Source: a bacterium
GTDB lineage: Bacteria > Krumholzibacteriota > Krumholzibacteriia > LZORAL124-64-63
Assembly (NCBI GenBank): GCA_014730255.1
Contig: WJIQ01000236.1
Coordinates: 1 to 58,719 of the forward strand
Direction of reading: 5' to 3'
Length of the DNA: 58,719 bases
Below the pieces are notes generated by a model. The model saw only the letters and a program-made list of their open reading frames with translations. It searched no databases and was not told the origin of the DNA. Shown one piece after another: positions 43,964-52,208 of this stretch. The position numbers and the translations under genes are program-made. The stretch's first letter is position 1. Each line of letters starts with the position of its first letter.

Positions 43964-45348
43964 GCCACACCCCCGGGGCGCTCGTCCGCATCGATCAGGG
44001 CGGCGAGCCAGAGTCCGAGCCCGACCCACAGGTGGGGCAGGTTGTACTGCGAGAACACGAGCATCTGGACCCCCATGGCCACGACGGCCACGGCCGCCGC
44101 GGCCAGCCGCCGGCGCGCGGCCGGATCGGTCGCCCACCGCAGCCGTCGCCAGGTCGCACGGAGCCCGGCGGCGAGCGCGGTCGTGGCGACGCCGAGCCCC
44201 AGCAGCCCGGTCTCGCTCAGGATCAGGAGCGGGACGCTGCTGACGACCGGCCAGGTGAACTGGCTGTGCAGGCCCGAGAGATCGACCACGGCGTAGAAAT
44301 GGTACGCGAACTGCCCCCAGCCCACCCCCACCAGCGGCGAGAGCAGGAACGCCCGCCACGCCGCCTGGGCTCCGTAGACCCGGGTGAGGTTCGACCAGTC
44401 GCTCCCGTCGAACACCTGACCGAGCCGCTGCAACGGCAGCAGCAGCGCGTCGACGCCCGCCATCAGGACCACGAGCGCCACGATCCCGGCCAGCGATGCG
44501 AGCACCGGCACCCGGGCCCGACCAGGCGATCCCGGCAAGCCGGCGCGCCGCCGCAGGACGAGCCAGGCCACGCCGCCGACCGCCGCGCCGAGCCAGGCAC
44601 CGCGCGACCACGTGAGCACCAGCAGGAGCACCCCGGCCGCGGCGAGCCACCGCCGTCCGACCACCAGGAGGATCGGCACGACGCCCAGCACGAAGCTGCC
44701 GAGATAGAGCGGCTCGCACATGCTGCCCCGCAGCCGCGGCACGCCGGTGTAGCCGCCCAGATACAACCACTCCGACCCGCTGAGGATCGCCGGATTGCTC
44801 GCGAGGACCCGCTCGAGGGCCGCGACCCAGTCGGCGAGGCCGGCGGTGTGCAGGGCGTGCAGCGGCGCATAGATCAGCTGCGTCGCCAGCCCCACCGCCA
44901 GCCACCGGCCGGTGCGCCGCCAGCGCTCGGCGCCCCGGGTCCAGAGCACCGCCTGGACCGTGAACGCGACCATGACGGCGAGCTGGATCAGCTGGCGGAG
45001 GAACCGCGGCCAGGCCTCGTGCCGGACCACCGGAGACGGCGCCAGCCAGAGGCCCAGGGCCGAGATCCCGACCGCTCCCATCACGGCCACGAGCGCGATC
45101 CAGACCCGCCGATAGCCCGGATCCTTCACCGCCTCCCACAGCGCCCGGCGTCGTTCGCGCGCCACGACGCCGGCCAGTCGCCAGGCCCACAGGAGCGCCA
45201 GCGTCAGGTAGGCCGGCTGCAGTCCGGCGCCGACGTCGATCCCGAGGGTCGACCGCACCAGGCCGACCCCGACCAGGGGCAGGGAGATCAGGGTCGCCGC
45301 CCAGAGCCCGTCGGTCACCGGATCCGATGCGAGGGATGTCGCCTTCAC
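43960..45348 (-). CDS. O-antigen ligase/polymerase-like (Wzy_C) polytopic membrane protein
   Basis: 462 aa with more than 10 TM helices. The loop LTWSRGAWLGAAVGG is typical of the Wzy_C/WaaL family. The GTG start overlaps the upstream stop (GTGA). Confidence 0.7.
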   Translation of the reverse strand: MKATSLASDPVTDGLWAATLISLPLVGVGLVRSTLGIDVGAGLQPAYLTLALLWAWRLAGVVARERRRALWEAVKDPGYRRVWIALVAVMGAVGISALGLWLAPSPVVRHEAWPRFLRQLIQLAVMVAFTVQAVLWTRGAERWRRTGRWLAVGLATQLIYAPLHALHTAGLADWVAALERVLASNPAILSGSEWLYLGGYTGVPRLRGSMCEPLYLGSFVLGVVPILLVVGRRWLAAAGVLLLVLTWSRGAWLGAAVGGVAWLVLRRRAGLPGSPGRARVPVLASLAGIVALVVLMAGVDALLLPLQRLGQVFDGSDWSNLTRVYGAQAAWRAFLLSPLVGVGWGQFAYHFYAVVDLSGLHSQFTWPVVSSVPLLILSETGLLGLGVATTALAAGLRATWRRLRWATDPAARRRLAAAAVAVVAMGVQMLVFSQYNLPHLWVGLGLWLAALIDADERPGGVA

Positions 45349-45884
45349 GACGATGGGGCCCGCCGACGCGCCAGGCGCAGGAGCACGGCCGTGGCCAGAC
45401 CCAGACCCGCCACCAGCAGCAGCGTGCCGCCACGACCTCCATCGCCGGCCGGCGGCGTGCGCCCGTAGCGCAGGCCGCCGCGTTCGACCACGAGCCTGCC
45501 GTCCGCCAGGAGCGCGACCACGCGTCCGTCGTCGATGGTCAGCGGCGTGTCGATGTCGTAGTTGCCGGGGTCCAGGGGCAGGCGTCCGGCGGTCGCGGAG
45601 ATCTGGAGGCTGGCCGCATCGAGCGCGATGGCGAGATCGGCCACGCCCGTGTCCCGCCAGGCGAGCCCGGCGGGCGCCGCGACCACGCCCTCGGGCCAGA
45701 GCAGCGCCGTCCGCGCCAGGTGATCATGATCACGCTGGACGAACGTCCCGTCCGCCGCGCGCGCGCCCTCGATGACGAGCATCCAGCCGGCCGGCGCGGC
45801 CAGGGCCGGCGCCGCCAGGCAAGCCACGACCAGGAGGACGATCACCCGTCTCGATCGCTCGCGATGCTGGATACCTCGCCTCAT
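45345..45884 (-). CDS. hypothetical exported protein with C-terminal TM anchor (179 aa)
   Basis: ORF 45345..46097 with the start moved to ATG 45882-45884. Signal-like VIVLLVVACLAAPALAAPA. C-terminal TLLLVAGLGLATAVLLRLARRR. No clear RBS and no motif recognised. Confidence 0.45.
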   Translation of the reverse strand: MRRGIQHRERSRRVIVLLVVACLAAPALAAPAGWMLVIEGARAADGTFVQRDHDHLARTALLWPEGVVAAPAGLAWRDTGVADLAIALDAASLQISATAGRLPLDPGNYDIDTPLTIDDGRVVALLADGRLVVERGGLRYGRTPPAGDGGRGGTLLLVAGLGLATAVLLRLARRRAPSS

Positions 45885-45948
45885 GGGCGGACCATATCGT
45901 CGCCCCCGAAACAGGGCAAGGGTTATGCCGCCCTCCGGTCGCCTCCGG

Positions 45949-46515
45949 TCAGGCGAACCGGCGCGCCAGGTCCCCCATGTCCCCGGCGAGATCGCCCCCC
46001 CATCCGAGGCAGTGCACGGCGACCCGCGTCCCGGGGACGGCTGCCGACGCCAGGCGCTCGGCGTGCCCTCGCAGCGCCGCCGGCGGCGCGTTGCCATCGG
46101 CCCCCGTCGAGGCCGGCAACCAGGCGATCGTGATCGCCAGCGGCGCGAGCAGCGCCGCCAGCCTGCCCAGGCTCAGCGACGCCGCCAGCGACGTCGCCTC
46201 CACACCCTGGACACACCAGATCAGCACACCTCCTGGTCCGACCCCGTCGTCCAGTCCCTGCTGCTCCCAGCGGCTCAACCGCACCCCGACACGATCGCCC
46301 AGCTCTCGTGGCGACCTCGGCAACGGCACCTCGTCGAGCGCGGCCATCGCCGCCTCGCTCGCATCCATCCCGGGCGACGCGACGATCAGGGCGGGCCGAT
46401 CAACATCGTCCGGCCGGGCCACGGGATCCGGCGAGAGGAACGCGTCGGCCACCGAGGACAGGTGATGCCGCCGGGCTCCGCGCCGGTCGTCCGGTCGTGG
46501 GCTCGCCAGCCCCAT
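45949..46515 (-). CDS. hypothetical protein (188 aa), immediately downstream of the ParA-like gene
   Basis: ORF 45949..46548 with the start moved to ATG 46513-46515, 1 nt after the ParA-like stop. Basic N-terminus RPDDRRGARRHH. No motif recognised. Confidence 0.4.
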   Translation of the reverse strand: MGLASPRPDDRRGARRHHLSSVADAFLSPDPVARPDDVDRPALIVASPGMDASEAAMAALDEVPLPRSPRELGDRVGVRLSRWEQQGLDDGVGPGGVLIWCVQGVEATSLAASLSLGRLAALLAPLAITIAWLPASTGADGNAPPAALRGHAERLASAAVPGTRVAVHCLGWGGDLAGDMGDLARRFA

Positions 46516-46516
46516 G

Positions 46517-47590
46517 TCAGGACACTTGCAGCAGGCTGTTCGAGCCACCGAACTCGTTGGTCACGTTGTGCGCGTTGTGCGGATCGGGCAACCACACGCC
46601 GTCGACGATGAACCGGTACTGGTGCGGACCGGGCTGCACCGGCACGACGCACTCCCACCGGCCGTCCTCGCGGCGATAGAGCGGCGTTCCCTGTCGCGAC
46701 CAGTCGTTGAACGACCCGGTCAACCGGACGTCCTTCGCCCGCGGGAAGTCCGCCACGAACCGCACGCCCTCCGGCGTGATCTCCGGACCATGCAGCAGCG
46801 CGGTCCAGTGATCCAGCGCCGGCACCGTCAGGTCGACCGCCTGATCGGTCACCTCCCGCGCGAGATCCATGAAGTCTCGCGCCCCTCGCGAGCGCGGATC
46901 GTGATCGATGACCGGGATCCCGTGCTCGGCCGCCTCGCGCAGGCGCACGGTCGGATGGATGATCGTCGCCAGGAGCGTGTCGCCGTACACGGCACCGAGC
47001 TCCTCGCGCATCGAACGGGCGTACCGCGAGCGGACGTCGTAATTGGAGAGCAACAGGCGCACGGCGACCTCGTGTCCGCGCCGATCCCGCAGCACGTCCA
47101 GGGTCTCGTGCAGCTTCGTGACCGCCTGGCGGCTGTACGTGCTCGCGTCCACCGGTACGATCACCTCGCCGCTGGCCAGGAGCGCGTTGAAGGTCAGGAT
47201 CCCGACGGCTGGCGGGCAGTCGATCAGGATCACGTCGTACGCGAGATCCGACCGGCGCAGCGTGTCGCGCAGACGATTCTCACGCCCCTCGACCCCGGCG
47301 AGCCGGGCCTCGACGGCACTCAACTCGACCCCGGCCGGCACCAGGTGCAGGCGCGGCTCGACCTCGACCCGCGCGTCCTCGACGAGCACGTCGCTGGTCA
47401 GCAGCAGGTCGTAGGTGGAGAGGCTGAAATCCTGCTCGTGGAGTCCGAGCGCGAGGGTGGCATGGCCCTGGGGATCGCTGTCGATGACGAGCACCTGCTG
47501 TCCCATGCGGGCCAGCGCGGCCGCGAGGTTGACGGCGGTGGTCGTCTTTCCGCATCCGCCCTTCTGATTCGCGAGGGCGATGACTCTCAT
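46517..47590 (-). CDS. ParA/Soj-type P-loop ATPase fused to a C-terminal CBM48/AMPK-beta glycogen-binding-like domain (357 aa)
   Basis: Deviant Walker A ALANQKGGCGKTTTAVNLAAALA, plus VIDSDPQGHAT and ILIDCPP. The C-terminal region (about 46520-46777) reads VRFVADFPRAKDVRLTGSFNDWSRQGTPLYRREDGRWECVVPVQPGPHQYRFIVDGVWLPDP...NSLLQV, matching the GSFNxW...YxF(I/V)VDGxW pattern. ATG start with an AAGGA RBS. Confidence 0.85.
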   Translation of the reverse strand: MRVIALANQKGGCGKTTTAVNLAAALARMGQQVLVIDSDPQGHATLALGLHEQDFSLSTYDLLLTSDVLVEDARVEVEPRLHLVPAGVELSAVEARLAGVEGRENRLRDTLRRSDLAYDVILIDCPPAVGILTFNALLASGEVIVPVDASTYSRQAVTKLHETLDVLRDRRGHEVAVRLLLSNYDVRSRYARSMREELGAVYGDTLLATIIHPTVRLREAAEHGIPVIDHDPRSRGARDFMDLAREVTDQAVDLTVPALDHWTALLHGPEITPEGVRFVADFPRAKDVRLTGSFNDWSRQGTPLYRREDGRWECVVPVQPGPHQYRFIVDGVWLPDPHNAHNVTNEFGGSNSLLQVS

Positions 47591-47729
47591 AACGACATCC
47601 TTTCGTCATGATGCCGGAGTCTGGATGCTCTGCCCGGATGCCTGTCCGTCCGTGGATTCCGGCGGTCCGACCTTGGCCAGATTGGGTTGTTCGCGGATCG
47701 GAATCAGCCAGGGATTCCTCCGCACCCCG

Positions 47730-47760
47730 AGCGTAGCACCCGGTTCGCCACCCCTGTCAA
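47730..47760 (-). promoter_or_regulatory. candidate promoter upstream of the ParA-CBM48 gene
   Basis: Minus strand reads TTGACA-19 nt-TACGCT with a TG 1 nt upstream of the -10 (extended -10-like). AT-rich ATTAAAGATAGCATTAGG lies just upstream. The implied leader is about 130 nt. Confidence 0.35.
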
Positions 47761-47801
47761 GACCTAATGCTATCTTTAATGAAGAAAAGACGGGCCCGGA
47801 T

Positions 47802-48221
47802 TCAGACCACCAGCCAGGCGAAGGCGAGGCCACAGGCGGCTCCCCCGGCCACCTCGGCCCAGGTGTGTCCGACGAACTCGCGGAGCCCCTGCGCATCGAG
47901 ATGGTGGGTTCGACGAAGCTCGTCGACGAGATGGTTCAGGAGGCGTGCCTGATGACCGACCTCCTGGCGCAGGCCCGTCGCCTCGAGCACGACGTACAGC
48001 GCGAACACGAGCACCAGGCTGAAGATGGGATCGCCGACGCCGACGTCATGGCCGACGAGCGCGGCGAGGGTGACCACGGTGGCCGTGTGCGACGACGGCA
48101 TGCCCCCGTTCCGGAAGAACAGCCGCGGCCGCCAGCGTCGGCGGAACAGGAGCTCGAGCGCGACCTTGAGGGCCTGGGCAACCAGGCCGCTGACGATGGC
48201 GAGGACTCCGGCATTGAGCAT
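47802..48221 (-). CDS. divergent PAP2 family (DUF212, acid phosphatase/vanadium haloperoxidase-related) membrane protein
   Basis: NGGMPSSHTATVVTLAALVG, EATGLRQEVGHQARLLN and FVGHTWAEVAGG match the DUF212 pattern. 139 aa. Confidence 0.7.
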   Translation of the reverse strand: MLNAGVLAIVSGLVAQALKVALELLFRRRWRPRLFFRNGGMPSSHTATVVTLAALVGHDVGVGDPIFSLVLVFALYVVLEATGLRQEVGHQARLLNHLVDELRRTHHLDAQGLREFVGHTWAEVAGGAACGLAFAWLVV

Positions 48222-48641
48222 CGGTGCCGCCCCGGCCCGGACACCCGGCGTCCGGATCGACCGTCCGCGACGTCACCACGAGGCGCGCATGCGTCCGGTC
48301 CCGCCGGGCGAGATCCGTGACCGTCGATTGGAGAGTGCCGGCGCGCTGGCCGGACGGACGATCGACGTGGCGTGATCGCCGACGCGCGGACGCGCCGGGA
48401 TCCCGGTCAACGGCCAGTGTACTCCGTTTCCCCGCCGATCGCATGGAACGCCCGGACGGGGTTTCGCATTCCTGCTCACGTGTGTTATCTTACTCCGTTC
48501 GACATGAGACCCTGAACGGTCCCGATCACGCGCCGGTCCGTCACCGGTGTGCCGGGGCCTGTTTTGCGCCACCGGTTCGCAGGGCCGCCGGGGCGCACGC
48601 CGGGCGACCGCCAGCGGGCGGACCGCCCCCGGGAGCACGTG

Positions 48642-50453
48642 ATGTTCAAATTCCTCCGCTCGAATGCCAAGTTCTTCTACTGGGTCATCGCCGCGACGTT
48701 CGTCGGCTTCATCTTCCTCGCCTGGGGCATGGATGCGGCCGGTGGCCGCGGTGCGATGCAGCAGTCCGCCGCCGTCGGCGAGGTCAACGGCCAGGAGATC
48801 TCGGCCCGCGCCTACGACCAGGCCGTGCGCAACATCCAGGCCTCGTACCGCCGCAACGCCCCGGATCGACCGCTGACCGCCAACCAGGAGGCCATGGCGC
48901 GCGACCAGGCCTGGGAGCAGCTGGTCAACGACCGTCTGATGGCCGACGAGATCGAGCGCCTGGGCCTGACGGTGACCGACGAGGAGGTCCTGCAGATCTT
49001 CCGCGACTCGCCGCCGCCGGAGATCCTCCAGGCCTTCGTCGGCGAGGACGGCCAGCCGGACATGGAAGCCTATTACGCCGCGCTGGGCGATCCGAACAGC
49101 GGCATCGACTGGACGCAGGTCGAGAACTGGGTTCGCCAGTCCGTCCCCCGCACCAAGCTCGTGCAGATGATCACCGCGGGCGTGGCGGTGAGCGAGGAGG
49201 AGATCCGCCAGCTGTACGTCGGCCAGTCCGGACGCGCGGTCGCCGAGTACATGGGTGTCGCCTTCACCGATCTCGAGGTCGACGAACCCGCCGAGGGCGA
49301 GGTGGTCGCCTACTACGAGGACCACCCCGGCGAATTCCATCAGGGCGAGAAGGGCCTCGCCAAGGTCGTCTCCTGGGAGATCGCCCCGTCGCCGACCGAC
49401 CATGACGAGGTGCGCGCGCTGGCGCTCGAGATCAAGCAGGCCATCGAGTCCGGCGAGCAGACCTTCGAGGAGGCCGCCGCGATCTTCTCCGAGGACGGCA
49501 CCGCCGACAAGGGCGGCGATCTCGGCACGTTCGACCGTAATCGCATGGTCGCCCCCTTCACCGAGGTCGCGTTCTCGCTGCCGGTGGGCGAGATCTCCGA
49601 GCCGGTCCAGACGCAGTTCGGCTTCCACCTGATCGAGGTCCTCGAGCAGGAGATGGAAGATGGCGAGGTCGCGCGGGTCCATGCCCGCCACATCCTGCTG
49701 CGGGTGACCCCGGGCGAGGCGACCCGCGACGCCATCTTCCAGCGCGCCGAGGAGTTCCGCGAGCAGGTCACCTCGGCCAGTTTCCTCACCCTGGCCGACC
49801 AGGACACCACGTGCAAGGTGCTCTCGCCGCGGCCCTTCCTCGAGGGCCGGGACGTCCCGGGCGTCAGCCAGTCGGCCGCCGGCAGCCGGTTCGTGTTCCG
49901 CGCCGAACCCGGCGAGATCAGCCCGGTCTTCTACACCGAGGACGAGGTCTACATCGTCATGGCCGAGGGCATCGAGCCCGCGGGACCGCGGCCGCTGGAC
50001 GAGGTCCGCAGCCAGGTCGTGCAGGCGGTCAAGCGCGAGAAGCAACGCGCCGAGGCGCAGGACCGACTCTCGCCCGCGGTCGGTCGCGTCCAGATGGGCG
50101 AGGCGATGGGCGACGTGGCCGAGGAGCTCGGCCTCCTGCACGCGGTGACCGACACGATCAGCGCCAACAGCAATGTTCCCGACGTCGGTTATGCCACCCC
50201 GTTCAACATGGTCGCGCTCGAGGCGGAGCCGGATCAGCTGGTGCCCGAGGTCGAGACCAACCGGGGGCTGTTCGCACTGCGTGTTCTCTGGCAGGAGCCC
50301 TTCGACGCCGAGGAATACGCGGCGCGGCGCGATCAGCTGCGCCGGGTCATCCTGCAGCGGCGACAGAACGAGGTGCTGCAGGCCTGGCTCGACGAGCGGC
50401 GCGCCGAGGCCGAGGTCGTCGATCATCGCGACGAGGCGATGCTGAGCATCTGA
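48642..50453 (+). CDS. ppiD: periplasmic chaperone/peptidyl-prolyl isomerase PpiD-like (SurA_N plus parvulin domain)
   Basis: ORF 48549..50453 with the start moved to ATG 48642 (GGGAG RBS). The N-terminus MFKFLRSNAKFFYWVIAATFVGFIFLAWG is a PpiD-type TM anchor. The parvulin segment is GGDLGTFDRNRMVAPFTEVAFSLPVGEISEPVQTQFGFHLIEV. This is the only plus-strand gene. Confidence 0.8.
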   Translation: MFKFLRSNAKFFYWVIAATFVGFIFLAWGMDAAGGRGAMQQSAAVGEVNGQEISARAYDQAVRNIQASYRRNAPDRPLTANQEAMARDQAWEQLVNDRLMADEIERLGLTVTDEEVLQIFRDSPPPEILQAFVGEDGQPDMEAYYAALGDPNSGIDWTQVENWVRQSVPRTKLVQMITAGVAVSEEEIRQLYVGQSGRAVAEYMGVAFTDLEVDEPAEGEVVAYYEDHPGEFHQGEKGLAKVVSWEIAPSPTDHDEVRALALEIKQAIESGEQTFEEAAAIFSEDGTADKGGDLGTFDRNRMVAPFTEVAFSLPVGEISEPVQTQFGFHLIEVLEQEMEDGEVARVHARHILLRVTPGEATRDAIFQRAEEFREQVTSASFLTLADQDTTCKVLSPRPFLEGRDVPGVSQSAAGSRFVFRAEPGEISPVFYTEDEVYIVMAEGIEPAGPRPLDEVRSQVVQAVKREKQRAEAQDRLSPAVGRVQMGEAMGDVAEELGLLHAVTDTISANSNVPDVGYATPFNMVALEAEPDQLVPEVETNRGLFALRVLWQEPFDAEEYAARRDQLRRVILQRRQNEVLQAWLDERRAEAEVVDHRDEAMLSI

Positions 50454-50488
50454 CGCGGCCGATCATCGGATGCCGCCGAGCGCGCGAC

Positions 50489-50511
50489 GAGGGGACCCCC
50501 GGGGTCCCCTC
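50489..50511. terminator. GC-rich hairpin between the convergent ppiD-like gene and the 140-aa gene
   Basis: gaggggaccc/gggtcccctc inverted repeat (about 10-bp stem) centred between stops at 50453 (+) and 50518 (-). There is no U-tract on either side. Confidence 0.35.
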
Positions 50512-50517
50512 GCGCCG

Positions 50518-50940
50518 TCATTCGAAGGGATTCTTCGGCTTCCTGGGCAGCTCGCGGAGCTTCTCGTCCATCTGCCGCAGCTTCTCCTCGCGCTCGCGGG
50601 CGAACGTCCCGTCGTCGAACAGGCGGGCCATCCTCTCGTTCTCCGCCTGCTTGCGACGGTCGAAGTCGGCCAGGTCCTCGGCGAGCGCCTCGCTCCGCTC
50701 GTCCTCGAGATCGTCCACCAGCCGGTGATCCCGGATCTCGAGGTGGACCTCGTAGGCGGACTCCACCAGGACGGCGGCGCCGAGTTCCTGCAGCTGGGAC
50801 GCGTACAGCCGGACCGTCGCCGGCGGCAGTTCGAGCAGCTCGGCGACCTCGTCCGGCGTCGGGGAGCGACCCTGGCGGTGGGCGAGGACGCGGATGGCGG
50901 CCAGGACGAGATGGGCGGACTGGCGGTCGAGGTCGGGCAT
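50518..50940 (-). CDS. hypothetical protein (140 aa), possible wHTH plus charged coiled-coil tail
   Basis: ATG start with a GAGG RBS, 31 nt downstream of the mrfB-like stop. The N-terminus LVLAAIRVLAHRQGRSPTPDEVAELLELPPATVRLYASQLQELG looks HTH-like. The C-terminus is highly charged. Confidence 0.5.
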   Translation of the reverse strand: MPDLDRQSAHLVLAAIRVLAHRQGRSPTPDEVAELLELPPATVRLYASQLQELGAAVLVESAYEVHLEIRDHRLVDDLEDERSEALAEDLADFDRRKQAENERMARLFDDGTFAREREEKLRQMDEKLRELPRKPKNPFE

Positions 50941-50971
50941 CGTTCACCTCTCGGGACGGGGTGACCGTCGA

Positions 50972-52186
50972 TCATAGGGCGTCGGGTGGCGGCGGGCAAC
51001 CCGGCGGCGCCGGGCGGGCCAGGCGCGCCTCGAGGCGGGCGAGCCGGTGCGCATCCGCGAGACGTCGCGCGTGGGTCATCGCGCGCGGATAGTCCCGCAG
51101 CCGGTGCTCGTACAGCACGGCCGCCTCGTAGTGCAGATGGGCGTCATCGGGCCAGTGGGCCAGGCCCGCGCAGACCAGCGCCCGGACCGCCGGCCAGTCC
51201 GCCACGCGCTTGAGCAGGCGGATCGCATCGCGGGCGGCCGCCGGGTCGGCCCGGCCCTGGGCCACCGGATCGCGGAGCAGTCGCGCCCAGCTGGCGGCCC
51301 GGGCGACGTCGCGCCGTCGCTCGCAGATCAACGCCCGGCTCCAGACAGCCCGCCAGTCGCCGGCCCGGGGCGCCTCGTCCGTGATCGCCCGCGCCTCCGC
51401 CGCGATGGCCAGGGCGACGCGGGCCATCCCCTCCATGTCGCGCCGGTTGTGGCGCAGGACCTCCGGCAGGGCCCCGGCCGCACCGGTGGTCAGGTATGCC
51501 TGGTACGCCGCGGGGATCAGCGCTCCGTCGATGTCGCCGGGTCCCCGCTCGTACCCGCATACCGCGGCCTCGATCGTCTGCTGGCGGCAGTCCGGCAGCC
51601 GGCGGCGCCAGAGACGGCGCGCGGCGACCAGCAGGTCCCAGCCCGCGAGTCCGCCGAGAGGGTCGTGGCGACGATTCATGCGCGCGCGGGTCCGCAACAG
51701 CGGCAGGTCGAAGCTCGCCCCGTTGTAGGTGACCACGACCCGGAACCCGGAGGCGAGGCGCGCGAGCTCGTCCAGCACGGGCCCCTCGCGGCCCGGTCCG
51801 GCGAGGAACAGCTGACGGACCCGCAGCCCCCCGTCCGGCTCCCACCAGGCGAGCCCGATCAGGAAGGCGAGCGTGCCGGTGCCGCCGGCCAGGCCGGTGG
51901 TCTCGGTGTCGAGGAAGAGCATCTCGGACCAGGCGAGATCGTGCGGCAGCTCGGTGGCCACGATGCCGGACAGGTCTCCCACCGGCCCGGCGGCCTGCGC
52001 GAGGTCGCGCCGATCCCGGCGGATCCAGATCGTGCCGCCGGGCGTCGCCTCCTCACGCAGGCCGAGCGCCTCGGTGAGCGTCCGCGACGGGTCGGCCGCC
52101 GGTCCGGACGCCGGATCCGACGCTGGATCGGACGCCGCCGGGCGGCTCAGCCGGTCGAGCCGGGCCAGTCGCTCGCGCAGGTCCAT
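50972..52186 (-). CDS. mrfB: RNase H-like/DnaQ-like exonuclease with helical C-terminal domain (YprB/MrfB-like)
   Basis: This is the 3' part of ORF 50972..52477. ATG at 52184-52186 with a GGGGGAGA RBS. Exo motif I LFLDTETTGLAGG, then VVTYNGASFDLPLL and HNRRD. TPR-like tail. It lies directly downstream of a DUF1998 helicase, as in B. subtilis mrfAB. Confidence 0.7.
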   Translation of the reverse strand: MDLRERLARLDRLSRPAASDPASDPASGPAADPSRTLTEALGLREEATPGGTIWIRRDRRDLAQAAGPVGDLSGIVATELPHDLAWSEMLFLDTETTGLAGGTGTLAFLIGLAWWEPDGGLRVRQLFLAGPGREGPVLDELARLASGFRVVVTYNGASFDLPLLRTRARMNRRHDPLGGLAGWDLLVAARRLWRRRLPDCRQQTIEAAVCGYERGPGDIDGALIPAAYQAYLTTGAAGALPEVLRHNRRDMEGMARVALAIAAEARAITDEAPRAGDWRAVWSRALICERRRDVARAASWARLLRDPVAQGRADPAAARDAIRLLKRVADWPAVRALVCAGLAHWPDDAHLHYEAAVLYEHRLRDYPRAMTHARRLADAHRLARLEARLARPAPPGCPPPPDAL

Positions 52187-52208
52187 GCCATCTCCCCCCG
52201 GATGAGCC

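Noticed and set aside
43964-45442. 5' part of the 876-aa minus-strand ORF 42812..45442
   Set aside because: It overlaps the Wzy_C-like membrane protein gene in another frame and has junk composition. The GT4 domain begins at a TTG that overlaps the upstream stop codon.
45345-45884. PEP-CTERM or other sortase-type sorting signal at the C-terminus of the 179-aa protein
   Set aside because: A TM helix followed by RRR is present, but there is no PEP, LPXTG, GlyGly-CTERM or PGF motif in front of it (the sequence is TPPAGDGGRGG). No exosortase or sortase gene is in the window.
47776-47800. Intrinsic terminator after the DUF212 gene (GGGCCC followed by a T-rich run)
   Set aside because: The self-complementary CGGGCCCG has no loop, so it cannot form a stable hairpin. 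Only the T-rich run is convincing. It is therefore not called as a feature.
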